A stretch of DNA of 64,000 bases from Octopus vulgaris (GCA_951406725.2 OX597818.1:136958001-137022000); one strand, 5' to 3'. Numbered from the stretch's first letter, positions 24,556 to 43,359 are shown. Made by a program: numbers and translations. Notes: generated from the letters alone by a model not told the origin.

Positions 24556-25439
24556 GAGTGAAAGCCCACAGGACATTTCCTCTACTCCCAAGAGGGGAAT
24601 TTTGGGAATCGCTGGACGAACCCATTAAGGCATGACCGAAGCATGGCCGCAGGTCAATTACTGAAACAAATCAATGTCTTAAAGAATGTGATCGATACTA
24701 CAACACCAGAATTATCACAAAGATTAAAATTTCAAAACTGGTTCACAAAAACTGACTCAGAGAGCCAATGTGATTCCAACTGTTGATATGTCTAGCGTAC
24801 TCAAGGTCCTCTTCTGTAATTTGAAGTAGATGTAACGTGTCGTTTTAATTGTGCTGCTTTTAGTAGGGTTCAATCTACTGACAGTTTTCAGACCATATTC
24901 TAGCAATAAAAATGCCCACCTCGGCTCTACAGGTTCACGAGGCTGGCGCTTAATCGGATTTCCAAAGTGTTTAAACTGAGAGTACAATATTCCTTTCCCT
25001 CTAGGTCGGGACTCCATTCCGTTGCAGGGTTAACCACCAGCTGCCATTGCCATCGCTTCTCATTATCAGTTGAGTGTACTTGAGTACTGTGAATTAAAGA
25101 CCCTTGCTCTTAGACATAACGCATTGCCCGGGCCGAAAATCGAATCCTCGACCTAACGGTTGTTAGCCCAGCGCCCAAACCACTAGCTTGCACAGACCAT
25201 ATCGTACCGTTTAATGAAAGCGCACTGATTGGATGATATACTCTGATAGCAATACCAAGTATCGAAATCGGATCTCTTTTCTAAGCCTTCACCTTCATCA
25301 CTCCTTTAGATATAAAAGGGGACGGGGTGTTAATATATAACAAAAAAATGTAATTTATTTTTATGGGAAGGCAATGGAATGTTGAAATGTTCATGCCTTT
25401 TCCAAATCTATGATATGTGGGTTGAAGCATGGCTGTGAG

Positions 25440-25482
<43 letters not shown>

Positions 25483-26164
25483 GGTGGTGGTGGTGGGGAG
25501 TTTGGGGAGAGGAACAGGGTCAACGGAGGTAGAAAGAGAGAAGTGGTGGGGAAACAAATAGGAGAGCTACAGGGGAGGAGAGGAGAGAATAAGCGAAAGA
25601 GAGGTGGAGGGAGAGAGAGAGAGAGAACAAGAGATTGTGGCGGTGGTGGTGGTTGTGGATTGGTGGATTTGCAATGTTAACAGCAGTGAGGTGTATGATA
25701 ATTCCTGATAAAGACATTGTACCGCGATGGAAGAGAGGGCGCTCATTAACCGACTTTTTTTTCTTTTTCATTTCCAGTATAAATCCGAGTGGACTCTGTA
25801 TCGAGTACATATTTGAACATCTACACTTAACCAACGCTATGCCATTTACAGATTGAGATGTGCGTGTGTGTGTGGGGGGGAGTGTTTGTGTGTTAATGTA
25901 TACACACATATATAAGTACACACATATACATATTGATAAATATATACATATATATGAAGCGAAAGAGAGAGAGAGAGAGAGTTAAATATGCATACCTTGG
26001 TATTTTGGTAATTATGGATATACAGAGATATAGATACATACTTATGTGCATACGTACGTATATACATACATATATACATATGTATATATATGTATATGTA
26101 TACATATATATATATGCATATGTATATATATATATGCATATGTATATATACAAATATGTATATA

Positions 26165-26259
<95 letters not shown>

Positions 26260-26361
26260 TTAGAGAGAGACTTAAATATATCGTGGAATTTAGGTAATTA
26301 TGTGAAAAGATAGATATCTACACATACATGCATACATTCATAAACACACACATGTATAAAT

Positions 26362-26416
<55 letters not shown>

Positions 26417-26504
26417 TGCATACATATATGCATATTTATATGAATATATATATGTATATCAATATGTACATATATACATACATAAATACATATATATATG
26501 TGTG

Positions 26505-26551
<47 letters not shown>

Positions 26552-27496
26552 ATAGATAGATAGAAAGAGTCAAATATACATATCTTAGTATTTTGGTATT
26601 TATATAAATATATACATATAAATAGATACATACTTACTTGTATACATACATGCATACGTGCATACATATGCATATACACATAAGTGCGTGCGCACCCCCA
26701 CCCCCCCGCACATACATCCCAAAAACAACAGAAAGTAAAAAAAGAGAAAAAAAAATGAAAGATAAGAAATGTTGTAAATGCGAAGAAGATTATGCGAAAT
26801 CATGTAGAGGAACCATAAATCCATTCTCTTGTCATGTCTTAATAAATATGTTAATAATGATGATGATGTTGATTGGCGATGGTGGTGGTGGTGGTGGTGG
26901 TGGGCGACGGTTTGGTGCCGGTGGACAACGAGGAGGTGGGCGAACGGTGGTGGGATAGGTGCACGTTGGAAAAAGTGGAAAAAAAATATAAATATTAAAA
27001 CAAAAACAAAAAACAAAGAACAAAACAAAACTAAAAACAATTCTCTCTGTGAAACATTTATTAACTTCCTATATTCGATATTCGATGATCCTTTACCAAA
27101 CTGTTTCGCCCCCCCCCCTACGCCGATTTATCAAGGAACCGAAATATCAACTTCTATTTGCACTCTTTCACACCAGAAGTGCCAATAAAAGACGAAAGCG
27201 ACACGTTTTATGATATGCCGTTTGTACTTTTTTTGCTTGCATGCAGACGATATGTAGCGGCCATCTTATGTTTCTGTTACTGTAATTGCATTGCTATTGT
27301 TGTTATCGTTGTTGTTGTTGTCGTTGTTATTGTTGTTGTTATAGTTGTTGTTTCGGTTTTATTTCTACCTTCTAAAGATATTTTCTGAACAGTTCCGATC
27401 GAAAACACAGATGTGGATGGAATTATAATAGAAGACACATCTTTTTTTGCTCTTCATGTCGCTAATTTCTTAACGTCTTCTCCCCCCACGCTCCCA

Positions 27497-27618
<122 letters not shown>

Positions 27619-29025
27619 AAACACACACACGCACGCACGCACACCAACACATACACTCGACATATATCATAGCTCTACTTCGTATATAAACATACATGTA
27701 TGCATGCGTACATATACACATATAAACATAATACCTACCTACGTACATAATATATACATATATACATACAAGCATGCATACATACATACATGTATGCATT
27801 TGTACATACATGCATGCACGCGTATGTAACCACATACATTTATTCACACATATATACATACATGCGTACATACCTATATACAAACATACACATACACAAA
27901 TACACACGTGCGTGGGTGTGTGCAAGTGGGTTTGTGTATGAGTGTGTATGTATATATATATATATATGCATCTATAAACAAATGTGTGTATATATGTATG
28001 TATACACAAATACACGCATAAATACATATGCAAATAGAGATACACTTACACGCACACGACGTGGGGGGGGGCGGAGCATGGGTTACAATCACCATATTGA
28101 AAACACGAAATTATTTTGTCCCCCCACTTTTTCCCCCCTTTTCCCGCGGTCCTTGTAAACATCGGTACGGAATATAAAAGAGGGAAAGAAAGATTTGAAC
28201 TTGTTTTGGGTTCGTAATATTCCCAACGGGCGTGGACGATTTAAAAGGAACAATTATACAGATTGTTTCGCCCGGTAATCACTCGGCTGAGTTAATTGAT
28301 GAAGCTTATCGGTTGACCGTTGCCTTTTGTTTGTCTTTAGTTGACCGATGTTTTATGGTATTTGTCAGCTGGTCACTGACGATGCCCCTGTCTTTTAAAC
28401 AACACGTGACACGTTCGATGCATTGTGATTGAAATGGCGGCTGATCAAAGGCAGCTAGGACAAAACAAATTTAACATGAACGACATCCCGTTTAATGGAA
28501 CGAACCGGCAGCCGAACTCATACGCGCTCGTGTATGCACATACATATGTACATAATTACCTATATAGATACATTCATCAATATATATACATATACATACA
28601 TACATGCATACATTAACCCATATGTTAACGTGTTAACATGCCGATGTGGTAATTTCAAGTGCACCATGGGAACCGGTTAACCGTTTACGATAAAGTATCT
28701 ACGCACGGTTTCTTTTTATTTTTATTTTGCCGTTGTATGTTTTCCGGCATAAACTGAAGTTAGATACAAAATGCCTCTGCGTCTATTGTCCTTTTTTTCT
28801 TTCATGTGGTTTTTAATTCTTCTTCTTCTTCTTCTTCTTCTTCTTCTTCTTCTTCTTCTTCTTCTTCTTCTTCTTCTTCTTCTTCTTCTTCTTCTTCTCC
28901 TTCTCCTCCTCCTCCTCCTTCACACAAGCATGTATATCAGTGTGTGTGAACGTGTGTCAGTGTATTTATATGTATGTATGTGTGCGTGTATATGTATATA
29001 CATCTATATCTCTATCTATCTATCT

Positions 29026-30108
29026 CGAGTGTCGCGTTGCTCTCAAGCAACTCTGCCGTCCTGGGTCGACCTTAAGTGACTTCAACACAACCAAAGCATT
29101 CTATAGGGGTTTAGTGGAGGGGAGGTACGACGACGAGCTCGGGGCGAACCTGGACGTCGACGAGGAGTACCTGACCCGCCTGTTCAGGACGACTTTCGGG
29201 CCAGGGCCCATGGACAACTTCCAGAGATCCCTGGCCTGGCAGTGCTACCGAGAAGCGCTACCCGTTCGGGATAAGCTCTACAGACACGGCTCGAGAAACA
29301 CGGGGCCGACCTGCCCGAGATGCGGTCAGAGCGACGAAACCGTTCTGCACGCACTCGTTCAGTGTCCAACAATTTCCGACCTGTGGGCTTGTGTCGAACA
29401 ACTGCTGTCACGTGTGGGACGAGTCGGTTTATCAGCTGAGTCTATCGTCAATATTGTCACGCCTCCTTCCTTCAAACGGGAAGGAAGAGCTATTTTCATC
29501 ATCCTTGTGGCTATGGCGAAAGAATGTATCTGGTGGACGCGTCTGAAAGGATTGGAGACAAACACTTTCCTCTCTGGTCAATCTCTCATCAACTTCTTCA
29601 AGTACCACTTGAAAAGGAAAGTGAGAGTAGAGAGGCAAGTTTTGTCTAGCGAATGTTTTAAAAAAAGATGGGTGAATGTAGCAAGAATGGCACGTATGAA
29701 TGACGAAGCCACCTTGAGCATAGTCCTATGAACCCAGAAATCGAAAACAGAGAGTTGCTTATTTGCAAAAAAAAAAAAAATAAGAAATATAAAATGTGAC
29801 TTCATTGACCGAGGTTACCGTGGTCTTTTCCGTAGGCTTTTCTTTCCACGGGTAAACCTCACCTGTCCTCCCCTTTACACTTCATATTGACATTTCTGTG
29901 ATAACGATCCCTATTGATCAATTTTCCCCCCCCCTTTTTTTTAACCCCTCCCTTTTTTTGTCCTCTTTCTCTCCTTTTACGATCCCTTTTGATCGAAACT
30001 CCCCCTTCCTTTTTTTTTTTTTTTTTTTTTTCCTAACCCTTCAAAAGAAAAGCTCTACCTTGTAATTTGTTCTATCTGTGTGCAGCCCGGTGTGGCTAAT
30101 AAAGAAAC
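29026..30108 (+). mobile_element. Tx1-like LINE 3' fragment in (TATC)n
   Basis: Open frame to 29731 with LAWQCYREALPV and CPRC..DETVLHALVQC; homologous to the 18-kb element; T-rich 3' UTR, AATAAA, then (TATC)n. Confidence 0.85.
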
Positions 30109-30109
30109 A

Positions 30110-30183
<74 letters not shown>

Positions 30184-30192
30184 CCTACCTAC

Positions 30193-30244
<52 letters not shown>

Positions 30245-30391
30245 ACACATGAAAGAAGGTTTGAAAATGCAATTTTAAAGATGTTTATTCACTTGACCAG
30301 TTTCACTTTTTTAGAAAAAGCTTGACATCAGAAAGACAGGTCAGTTTATTCCTCTACAATTTTTGTAAATTCTTAAATATATCTCCTTCTG

Positions 30392-30445
<54 letters not shown>

Positions 30446-31624
30446 CATATATATACAAGGAGCAAATATACTGAAGATTCAGTATACACTACGTGGCAAA
30501 ATTATAAGTTGGAAATATGTGGAAAAAAATTTGAAAAGTGGAAGAGAAATGCCTTTGTTTCATATAATTTAATATTTTTTAATAAATATATACATATTAA
30601 ATGGATGTCGTGAAATCCAACCGGTTCTGGGGTTGTGGGTTGATGTGTATGGGAGTGATTTAAGGTGAGGTGTGGCGTTTTGTTTTGTTGGAAGCGTGAA
30701 AAACTATTTCTGTGCAGTTCTTTCGGTAATAGCGCTTTCTCCACACACAGTACAAATGTCTTGAGCGACTTTGGCAGGTTTGAAACCTTGATTGAAAGTG
30801 AAGAGAAGCAGGTGTCGAAAATGCTCATCTTTTTCTACTTGGCACTCTTTCGTCATATGTCTGAAAACGAGGTAAAATTTATTTAAATTTCACAAATAAT
30901 AAACAAAAGTTGGAGAAAAATAAAACTACAAAAAAAAAAACACAACGATAAAAAATCTTTTTTATTTTTTAGGTTAATTCAAAAATCATTGGAAAGAAAC
31001 GAACGAATTTTCAGACAACCCAAGAAAACTAAAAAAAAGTGAAGGAAAAAATTTAAAAACAAAGTTTACCGGACAAGATAAATATACTCAAGAAGGCCAC
31101 AACAACGACAAAAAATATTGTAAATAAGGCAAAGAGAGAAGGAAAAGGAACTGTTAGCGATAGAAGGAGCAGGTGCTAGCGTAATCGAAGGTTCGGGTCA
31201 GGGTAGGAGTTGGTAGGTTGATAAAACGGAAAGATGGTGGTGGGTAGTAGAGAGGTAGGGTAGATTGAGTGAAATTAATAGTATTTACCAGTGGAGAAAT
31301 TAGAAGGGGGACAGGATGCAGAAGTATTAGGAAGAGAGGTGGGGATACGAAGAAAGGATTATTTTGAAAAATTGTATTTTAATCGGGTGGATATTTGTGT
31401 ATGTATGTATGGTTTGTGACTGTTTTTGTCTAAGCATATATGTGTGTATGTATGTGTGTGTATGTGTGTGTTGAAAGCTTGTGACTGTTTATCTGAATAT
31501 GTAATTTAATCTTTGTGTTGGTCACACTGGATCGCTAGCCTTTCTCTTTACCGCATATCATGGCAATTACCTCTGTTTTCAAAAAGAAAGTGATTATTTA
31601 TCTCACACTACACTGCCATTGTCT

Positions 31625-31689
<65 letters not shown>

Positions 31690-31699
<10 letters not shown>

Positions 31700-31893
31700 A
31701 GAGAAAGAGAGAGAGAAGGGGGACGATAGAAAGACAGACAAAGGGTCTAGATACTGAGAAAGAAAGAGAAAAAGAAAGAAAGAAAGAGAGAGAGAGGGAG
31801 AGAGAGAATGAGAGAGAGAGAGAAAGAGAGAGAGAAGGGGGATGATAGAAAGACAGACAGAGTGTCTAGATACTGAGAAAGAAGGAGAAAAAG

Positions 31894-31928
<35 letters not shown>

Positions 31929-31995
31929 AAGAGAGAGAGAAGGGGGACGATAAAAAGAGAGACAGAAGGGTCTAGATACTGAGAAAGAAAGAGAA

Positions 31996-32010
<15 letters not shown>
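31690..32010. repeat. Three ~110-bp purine-rich tandem units
   Basis: AGAAGGGGGA(C/T)GATA...GTCTAGATACTGAGAAAG occurs three times. Confidence 0.75.
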
Positions 32011-32076
<66 letters not shown>

Positions 32077-32206
32077 TGTATGTTTTTGTGTGCGCGTGTG
32101 AATGTGTAAAAGAAAGGGAGTAACGGGGAAAGTAAAGAACGGATTGAAAAGAATAGAAATAAAATAACTACACCCAGAGTAGATATTGTTCTCTGAAATA
32201 AATAGG

Positions 32207-32245
<39 letters not shown>

Positions 32246-32752
32246 CATAAGAGATACATATGCACATGTATACTGCATAGACGTAGATATGTGCACCAAA
32301 GCACATTACCTTCTACTCATCCTCGACTTACACATTCAGACATACACCACACAGACAGACAGATACATTAGATCTATCATCCACCCAGGGCTAATATCGT
32401 CAGTGCAGATACCGAGTCTTCTCATTCCTCCACACTCTGGATCAACTTGTCTCATGCCCTACTCATATCTCGGATCGATACATAGATACTCTCTCTTTAC
32501 TCTCTACTCTTTTACTTGTTTCAGTCATTTGACTGCGGCCATGCTGGAGCACCGCCTTTAGTCGTGCAAATCGACCCCGGGACTTATTCTTTGTAAGCCC
32601 AGTACTTATTCCATCGGTCTCTTTTGCCGAACCGCTAAGTGACGGGGACGTAAACACACCAGCATCGGTTGTCAAGCAATGCTAGGGGGACAAACACACA
32701 CACACACACAAACACACACACATACACACGCACACATATATATATATATACA

Positions 32753-33120
32753 CTAGCAGTATCGCCCGGCGTTGCTCGGGTTTGTAAGGGAAATAACTAT
32801 AAAGCATTTTTAGAGAGTTATAGCCAAAAAATGGAGAAAAAAATGATGGTAAATTTTTTTAGTTAAAAGGTCGAGTTGCGTCCCCTAGACAGTCTGTGGT
32901 TTGTGTTTCTGATTCTCGACCCCATGTCGAATTTATCGATTTTTTTTCAGAACTGGGGGAACTTTTCAAAATTTTCGCTGCGTTAGTTTTGAATTATGAC
33001 ATTGGGCTATGTGTGTGTCAAGTTTCATCAGAATCGGTTGAAAGCCGTGGTCAGGGTGAGGGTACAACCAAACAGACACACAGAAACACACACAGACAAA
33101 CTGCCGTTTATATATAGAGA
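32753..33120 (-). mobile_element. Non-autonomous Helitron family 1, nested in a family A SINE
   Basis: Near-identical to 9022-9403; CCCGAGCAACGCCGGG hairpin then CTAG; lies in the SINE's central (TA)n. Confidence 0.75.
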
Positions 33121-33472
33121 GGGATATATACGACAGGCTTCTTTCAGTTTCCGTCTACCAAATCCACTCACAAGGCATTGGTCGGCCCGGGGCTACAGCA
33201 GAAGACACTTGCCCAAGATGCCACGCAGTGGGACTGAACCCAGAACCATGTGATTGGTTAGCAAGCTACTTACCACACAGCCACTCCAGCGCTTTAAATA
33301 TTCTTAATCTCTTTATCATCTTCAAATCTAATCTCTACCAAACTGAAACTGTCACCGCACCTATAGGGTCTTCCGACCCCTGTCTCATCGCAACTACACA
33401 ACACGCATTCATATCCTTCTCACCACCCATTACTCTCAAGTCAGTCAGCTGTTCGAAGGTCACCCAGTTTTG

Positions 33473-33908
33473 GGATCTTTTCGGTTTGAACGTCAGTTTT
33501 TAACATAATTTCTAGGTAACTAAACACTTTTAAACTTCGTGTACTGGTAGAATGTGTTTATAAAACATCTTTTTCTCTTGGCTTTATTGAGAAAATTCTA
33601 TAGTTTGTAAGATATTTGGTCTTTGATTTCTTCAATTTCTGCAATTTCAACCAATCACTGGCATCTATTGAGTTAAAAATCATTCCGTGCCGTATGAATA
33701 TGTCCCTCGTTTAAGAAACACATTGGGTTTATTTACATTTGTGAAGAAAAAAAGATATCCTTCCCCCACCCTAACCCCAACCCTAACCCTAACTAACCCT
33801 AAATCTAAACTAGATTGAAATGCAATAGATCGATTCTAGGGTCATAATTATGGGTAACAATTTCATATGACACCGCTAGAAAAGCTGCCGTTCAAACCGA
33901 AAAGATCC
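33473..33908. mobile_element. GGATC-TIR MITE copy 2
   Basis: Same TIRs; TSD CAGTTTTG; internal CCCTAA repeats. Confidence 0.9.
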
Positions 33909-34764
33909 CAGTTTTGTACTAATTATCACTGACAGCATGCTTGCTTCACTTCTGGCTCATCATATACAGCCACGCAGGTGATCGATACTATTCTTCCATC
34001 ACCTCCTACATACAGCAAAAGCGCAATATTTCGAAGTCTTAAAAGTGGCTCACTCATAGTTGCGCCATAGCTGTTCAAGCAGAAAGCATGGCTTGCGTCT
34101 GGAGAAACTTAGATATTTACCAAAAAATAGATGTTGTTTACCCAACAAAGGATTTCCTGAAAGACAGTCATCCATACCACAAAAAAAGAAAAAAATCACT
34201 TTCTGCATCGCACAGCTCTAAAGCTATTTGGCTACTCAAAGTTTTGTATCCTGCTACAGGTTGGTGTATATAAATTATGCAGCGGAGGTTTGATAATGTG
34301 CTCACATGACGTACTTCGCGAGACTACCAAAACGCTCTCTCTGACTAATACCGACCACTACTCTTTATAAGAGTTCGGCTAGTCCATTCTTCCAATCCTC
34401 CAGGGGGTGTCAATGACTCTCGCCACAACGCAAAGTGTAACCGATCTTTGTAGTCCTTGTCCAAAGAATATCCACCGACTCTGCAGATCGCCAAAACGCT
34501 CGCACTATGAGCTGTACTTCGTAGAGAAAGCCTTTCAGCAAATTTTACAATTGCATATATTGGGCAAATCTCCTCCAAATCTGTTTCCTTCCACTCCTCC
34601 AGGTCTATAAAGCTCACTTGTTATGCGGACATTAATACGAAGTGGCAAAGTACATTTGGTTACTTCAAACCAACAAGGTTACCTGCCGTGATAATATCCC
34701 TTCCGTTATCCTCAAATATTGCACCACAGTCTCCACTCCTAAACTCACCAGGCTTTTAAATACC

Positions 34765-34994
34765 TATTTCTTTATTACCCACAAGGGGCTAAACATAGAG
34801 GGGACAAACAAGGACAGACATAGGTATTAAGTCGATTACATCGATCCCAGTGCGTAACTGGTACTTATTTAATCGACCCCGAAAGGATGAAAGGCAAAGT
34901 CGACCTCGGCGGAATTTGAACTCAGAACGTAATGGCAGACGAAATAACTCTAAGCATTTCGCCCGGCGTGCTAACGTTTCTGCCGGTTCGCCAC
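34765..34994 (-). mobile_element. SINE family B monomer
   Basis: Full head and body; TSD CTTTTAAATACC. Confidence 0.85.
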
Positions 34995-35619
34995 CTTTTA
35001 AATACCACCCTTCCTGCTACTATCTGCCTTGATATTTGGATACACGTTTGGAAACACACCATTTCCAAGAAAAGAAACTCCTCTGATATCATATATCATA
35101 TCAACTATTCCGATATCATACTCACTTCCAATATCTCTAAGATAATGGAAGCAACCATTAACAAGGACACTTTCCATCACTTTGAATTACTTTCTCCTCA
35201 CTCTCACTTTAACGATCATCAGTGTAGATTCCGTCAAGTCAGATTCACTGGTGACCTACAATCATATATCATCCACCAGTAGGATCTTGTCTTGCTGAAA
35301 TTTGGTGAAAGCAGTGTTGTCACCCTCAGCATCAGACAAGCGATCATGTCTCGTACGCGAATCTATCAAAACCGCTCGTATATGGGTTCCGCCTGCTTCA
35401 TCCCTTGAATCAATGGCTTACCATCAGATCGTACCATTGCAGCATCCGTTGACGGTTCTCTTTCTGTTTCTCTTTTTAACATCCTCGGCTGTGCAACACT
35501 TTGGGTAATAGTCTTGTAATATAGCCTGGGGCCAATGAAATGTCTTGTGAGTGAATTTGGTTGACGGAAACTCTACGTGAAAACTCGTCGTATGTATGTG
35601 TGCGTATGAGTGTATGTTT

Positions 35620-35989
35620 TAAGGAAGCACTCTGTCGGTTACGACGACGAGGGTTCCGGTCGATCCGAATCAACGGAACAGCCTGCTCGTGAAATTAACG
35701 TGTAAGTGGCTGAGCACTCCACAGACACGTGTACCCTTAACGTAGTTCTCGGGGATATTCAGCGTGACACAGAGAGTGACAAGGCCGGCCCCTTGAAATA
35801 CAGGTACAACAGAAACAGGAAGTAAGAGTGAGAGAAAGTTGTGGTGAAAGAGTACAGCAGGGATCACCACCATCCCCTGCCGGAGCCTCGTGGAGCTTTA
35901 GGTGTTTTCGCTCAATAAACACTCACAACGCCCGGTCTGGGAATCGAAACCGCGATCCTATGCCCTAACCACTGGGCCATTGCGCCTCA
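35620..35989 (-). mobile_element. SINE family C
   Basis: Reverse complement of 16760-17151; TSD ATGAGTGTATGT. Confidence 0.9.
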
Positions 35990-36469
35990 ATGAGTGTATG
36001 TACGCGTCTGTTAAATAGATTTGTGTAGTTGTTACATTAAACGTGCTCTGAATGGCAATACCAGTTCCTGTTCGTGGAATCGAAATAAAATTTAATGCTA
36101 ACAGTAATTGTATACATGGAAGTTTTGCTTTTAAAACCGGTTTCCTACCCTGTTTTGCATAAACCTAAATCCTTTAAATACTGGAGATAAGGTCGAGTAA
36201 CTGCTGTGCTGATGAAGGCAGTTCAGCACGAAACACGTATCCACGACTGTCCTCTTATATCCAGATAATGATTGTATACATGCTGATGAAGGCATGTATA
36301 AAATATCCAGTCAAAATAAATCTGTCTGTTTTCGTAATGGCATGTCTGTTTTAGAGAATTTTTGAATCTGGAAATTATCTCCCCTACTCATATGGAGCTG
36401 ATTTTAATTGCCATTGCGGAAATAATTTAATTAAATCGTGAATTTTTGTCCCAAGATATTTAGCACATA

Positions 36470-40400
<3,931 letters not shown>

Positions 40401-40951
40401 TACATTTATTTATCTATTTATTCCTTTATTAAGGTTTCAACAAAAAAATATTTCCTTTCTTTTTTTTTCTTTGCTTTTGTTTTTTTTTTGTCCACTTCCA
40501 CCTCAGTTGATATTTATTCAATAAGGTATTTAGGAAAAATATATTCTACAAGAATCTTTACGAACCATGCTAAACTTATTGTGTATTCCTATTCTGTCTT
40601 TCATCGTATTTGATGAAGCATATGTTCGAACGACAGCTCAAAATAAAAGATATTATAATGCGTTTACATATCATTTCAATCCCAGTGTCCCTTTATTTTT
40701 TTCGTTTAATGTTTATGCTTGTTTATTTTTCATTTTGTTTTATTTTCGTTTTACCGAAATATATATATTTTTCTATTCTTGACAGTGTTAATTGTGTGAT
40801 TTTGGTGCGTGTATATACATGAACGTATATATGTATAAAATGAATGTGATTTATATATATATATATAAGGATTAAAACAGTTTGATTCAAGTTCGTTGGT
40901 ACTCTTGAGTTTCAAGCGTGATGCTAGTCTTCAAGCCATTTTGAATATATA

Positions 40952-41163
40952 CAGGGTATCCCAAAAAAATGTATACACACTTTAGCAGCTGATAACTCAT
41001 TTGATATTTTTTCTTTCCTGATGAAACCTATAGGATTTAATGATAGCAGTCAGATTAAGCTTTGAACAAAGAAAATTCATTCTAAAATGATACTGGAAGT
41101 GTGAAAATGCAGTTGAAGTGCAAAAACAGCTAAAGTATGCATACATTTTTTTGGGACACCCTG
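40952..41163 (+). mobile_element. Tc1/mariner MITE (internal deletion derivative)
   Basis: ~33-bp TIRs CAGGGTATCCCAAAAAAATGTAT.../...ATACATTTTTTTGGGACACCCTG, TA on both flanks; remnant LSFEQRKFILK*YWKCENAVEVQKQ. Confidence 0.85.
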
Positions 41164-41204
41164 TATATATATATATATATATATGATAAATAGATAGATA
41201 AATG

Positions 41205-41600
41205 CATGATGGATTCTCTTGTGAACGACAAATAAGGGTTCAGTAAAGTAAAGCGTTAATCATGTTCTATGGATACAAATGTGTCTCTTGAGACCTGCTG
41301 GCGCCTTGCAAACCTTTTATCAAATCGAGCAAGTTGAGGACTCAGTTTGCTTGAGTGCTTGTGGATCATTTACTGTGTGATTTCGTGTGTGGACGGCAAG
41401 ACCTGCTCTGCTTCTTGCCACAAAACCACAATGACAAGAAAAGCTTCCATTTAGAGGAGCAGCATTTTGCCAGCGTGCCTTCACGCTTGTACGAAGTTGG
41501 CCCCAATGCTGGAGTCCGCTTTGCTCAAATCTTTGAACTAAGGAGAAGTAGGACTGGCGACACTCCAGGTCCTGCGTTTTCCCAAGAAGAAAGGGGAAGG
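41205..41600 (-). mobile_element. RTE-like LINE 3' end with two C2H2-like knuckles
   Basis: [20 protein letters not shown] and CSI**KVCKAPAGLKRHICIH; in-frame stops. Confidence 0.6.
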
Positions 41601-41634
41601 TGCATATATATATCTATATATCTATCTATCTATC

Positions 41635-41668
<34 letters not shown>

Positions 41669-41715
41669 TGTGTGGTGTGTGTGTATATATGTATATATAT
41701 ATATATATATATACA

Positions 41716-41757
<42 letters not shown>

Positions 41758-42502
41758 TACTTGGAAATGGGTGCGTGGCATTCAATCAAACAATAATATA
41801 AATAATATTTATATATGCATATATATATGTATATGTACACACATACACATACATATATGCATATATGGGTACAGGACGTCACAAACCGTAAACAACATGA
41901 AATGCGAAGCCAAAAGAGTTGAATACATAAACAATGAGAGAAACAAATGGAAAAACAGGACAGGTAACATAAAGAACGACCTTTCATCAGTTGTCGGCTG
42001 TCCATCTACTTCTCATTTCGAGCATTGAACAACAATATGAGTCTTCGAAGGGCAGTTACTTTGGAATTTGGAATTTGGAATTTGCGGTGGGTCAAAGTTG
42101 GTAACAAAAATAGGACGGTGGAGACATACAAGGAAACTGAACGAAAACAAACATGGAGGTCGTTAGACCAGACGAAGATAAAGTAACAAATGCCCGGAGA
42201 AATATTCTCTTTGACAAGAGGAAAGACAGAAGAGAGAGATAGAGATAGATGGGATACGCGCAGTCTCTACTATTCAAGAGCGATAGACATTGATGTTTAG
42301 CCATTTTTCCACAAACATCGGAGCGCGAAGCGGTCCTCACAAACGTATGTTAGTGAGATGGTTGTACGGATTTTGTAATCAGTATCGAATACGTATGTCC
42401 TGTTCAGGAATACCAGCAGATGATCTTTACACTATTTTACGCATAGTCACGAATGTGTGTTCGATATTGCTCACAACATTCACGCTGCTCACAACATTAA
42501 AT

Positions 42503-42563
<61 letters not shown>

Positions 42564-42740
42564 CATATGTACGTATGTATGTATGTATGAATTAAAAGCA
42601 AAATTCTTTTGCGGGACGTTATATTATTAATAATAAATCACCTCCCATATACCGCAGCTTTTCTCTAAGAGTTTATACAGCTTGTTTTGAAAAGTTGCTT
42701 TCAACCGGTTGAAGACTCTGTCCCGCAAAAGAATTTAAGA

Positions 42741-42828
<88 letters not shown>

Positions 42829-42834
42829 GAGAGA

Positions 42835-43275
42835 GATTCAGATGAATATGGTACTTAAGTTGAGGTACCAGAATTTAGTACGGTATTATCCATACAATTT
42901 CAAAATAAAGTGATTAAAATCAAAATAAGCAAACAAGGATATCCAGGAGTAATGCAATACGATCGTTTCAAGCAACTCCATTTAATTGAACAATGCAATC
43001 ATTACATCAATTTTAAAGCAGGGCAATCCTTAGCTGCATAAAGACATAGAATTTAATTAAATTAAAACAGATGGACGCATTAGTATAATTTTACCTAAAA
43101 TCTCCAAGAAGATAAGGAGATAGACAAATAACATGCTGTCTTCACTTCAGCTTAGAATGTGTCCATCTGTTTTAATTTAATAAAATTCTATGTCTTTATG
43201 CAGCTGAGGATTGCTCTGCATTTAAATTGATGTAATGATTGCATTGTTCAATTAAGTGGAGTTGCTTGAAACGAT
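42835..43275. mobile_element. Inverted pair of Penelope-pLTR-like segments with hammerhead-like cores
   Basis: ~120-bp inverted arms (42962-43081/43156-43275); ATGCAG-CT(A/G)AGGA...GAAA-CGATCG-TA-TTGCAT. Confidence 0.5.
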
Positions 43276-43321
43276 TATATATACACGCAGGCACGTGTGC
43301 GTGCTTTAGAAGTTTGTTTGT

Positions 43322-43359
<38 letters not shown>

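Larger units (their letters stand above)
33300..35460 (+). mobile_element. Highly decayed CR1/Jockey-group LINE, interrupted by a MITE and a SINE
   Basis: APIGSSD (APE-like end), DNIPSVILK, WKH..ISKK, LTSNISKIME, DHQCRFRQ..TGDL remnants. Confidence 0.55.

Noticed and set aside
41870-42500. Possible Penelope fragment or hammerhead (CTGATGA on the minus strand near 41990)
   Set aside because: Core elements are not in workable order, and no stems or coding motif could be supported.
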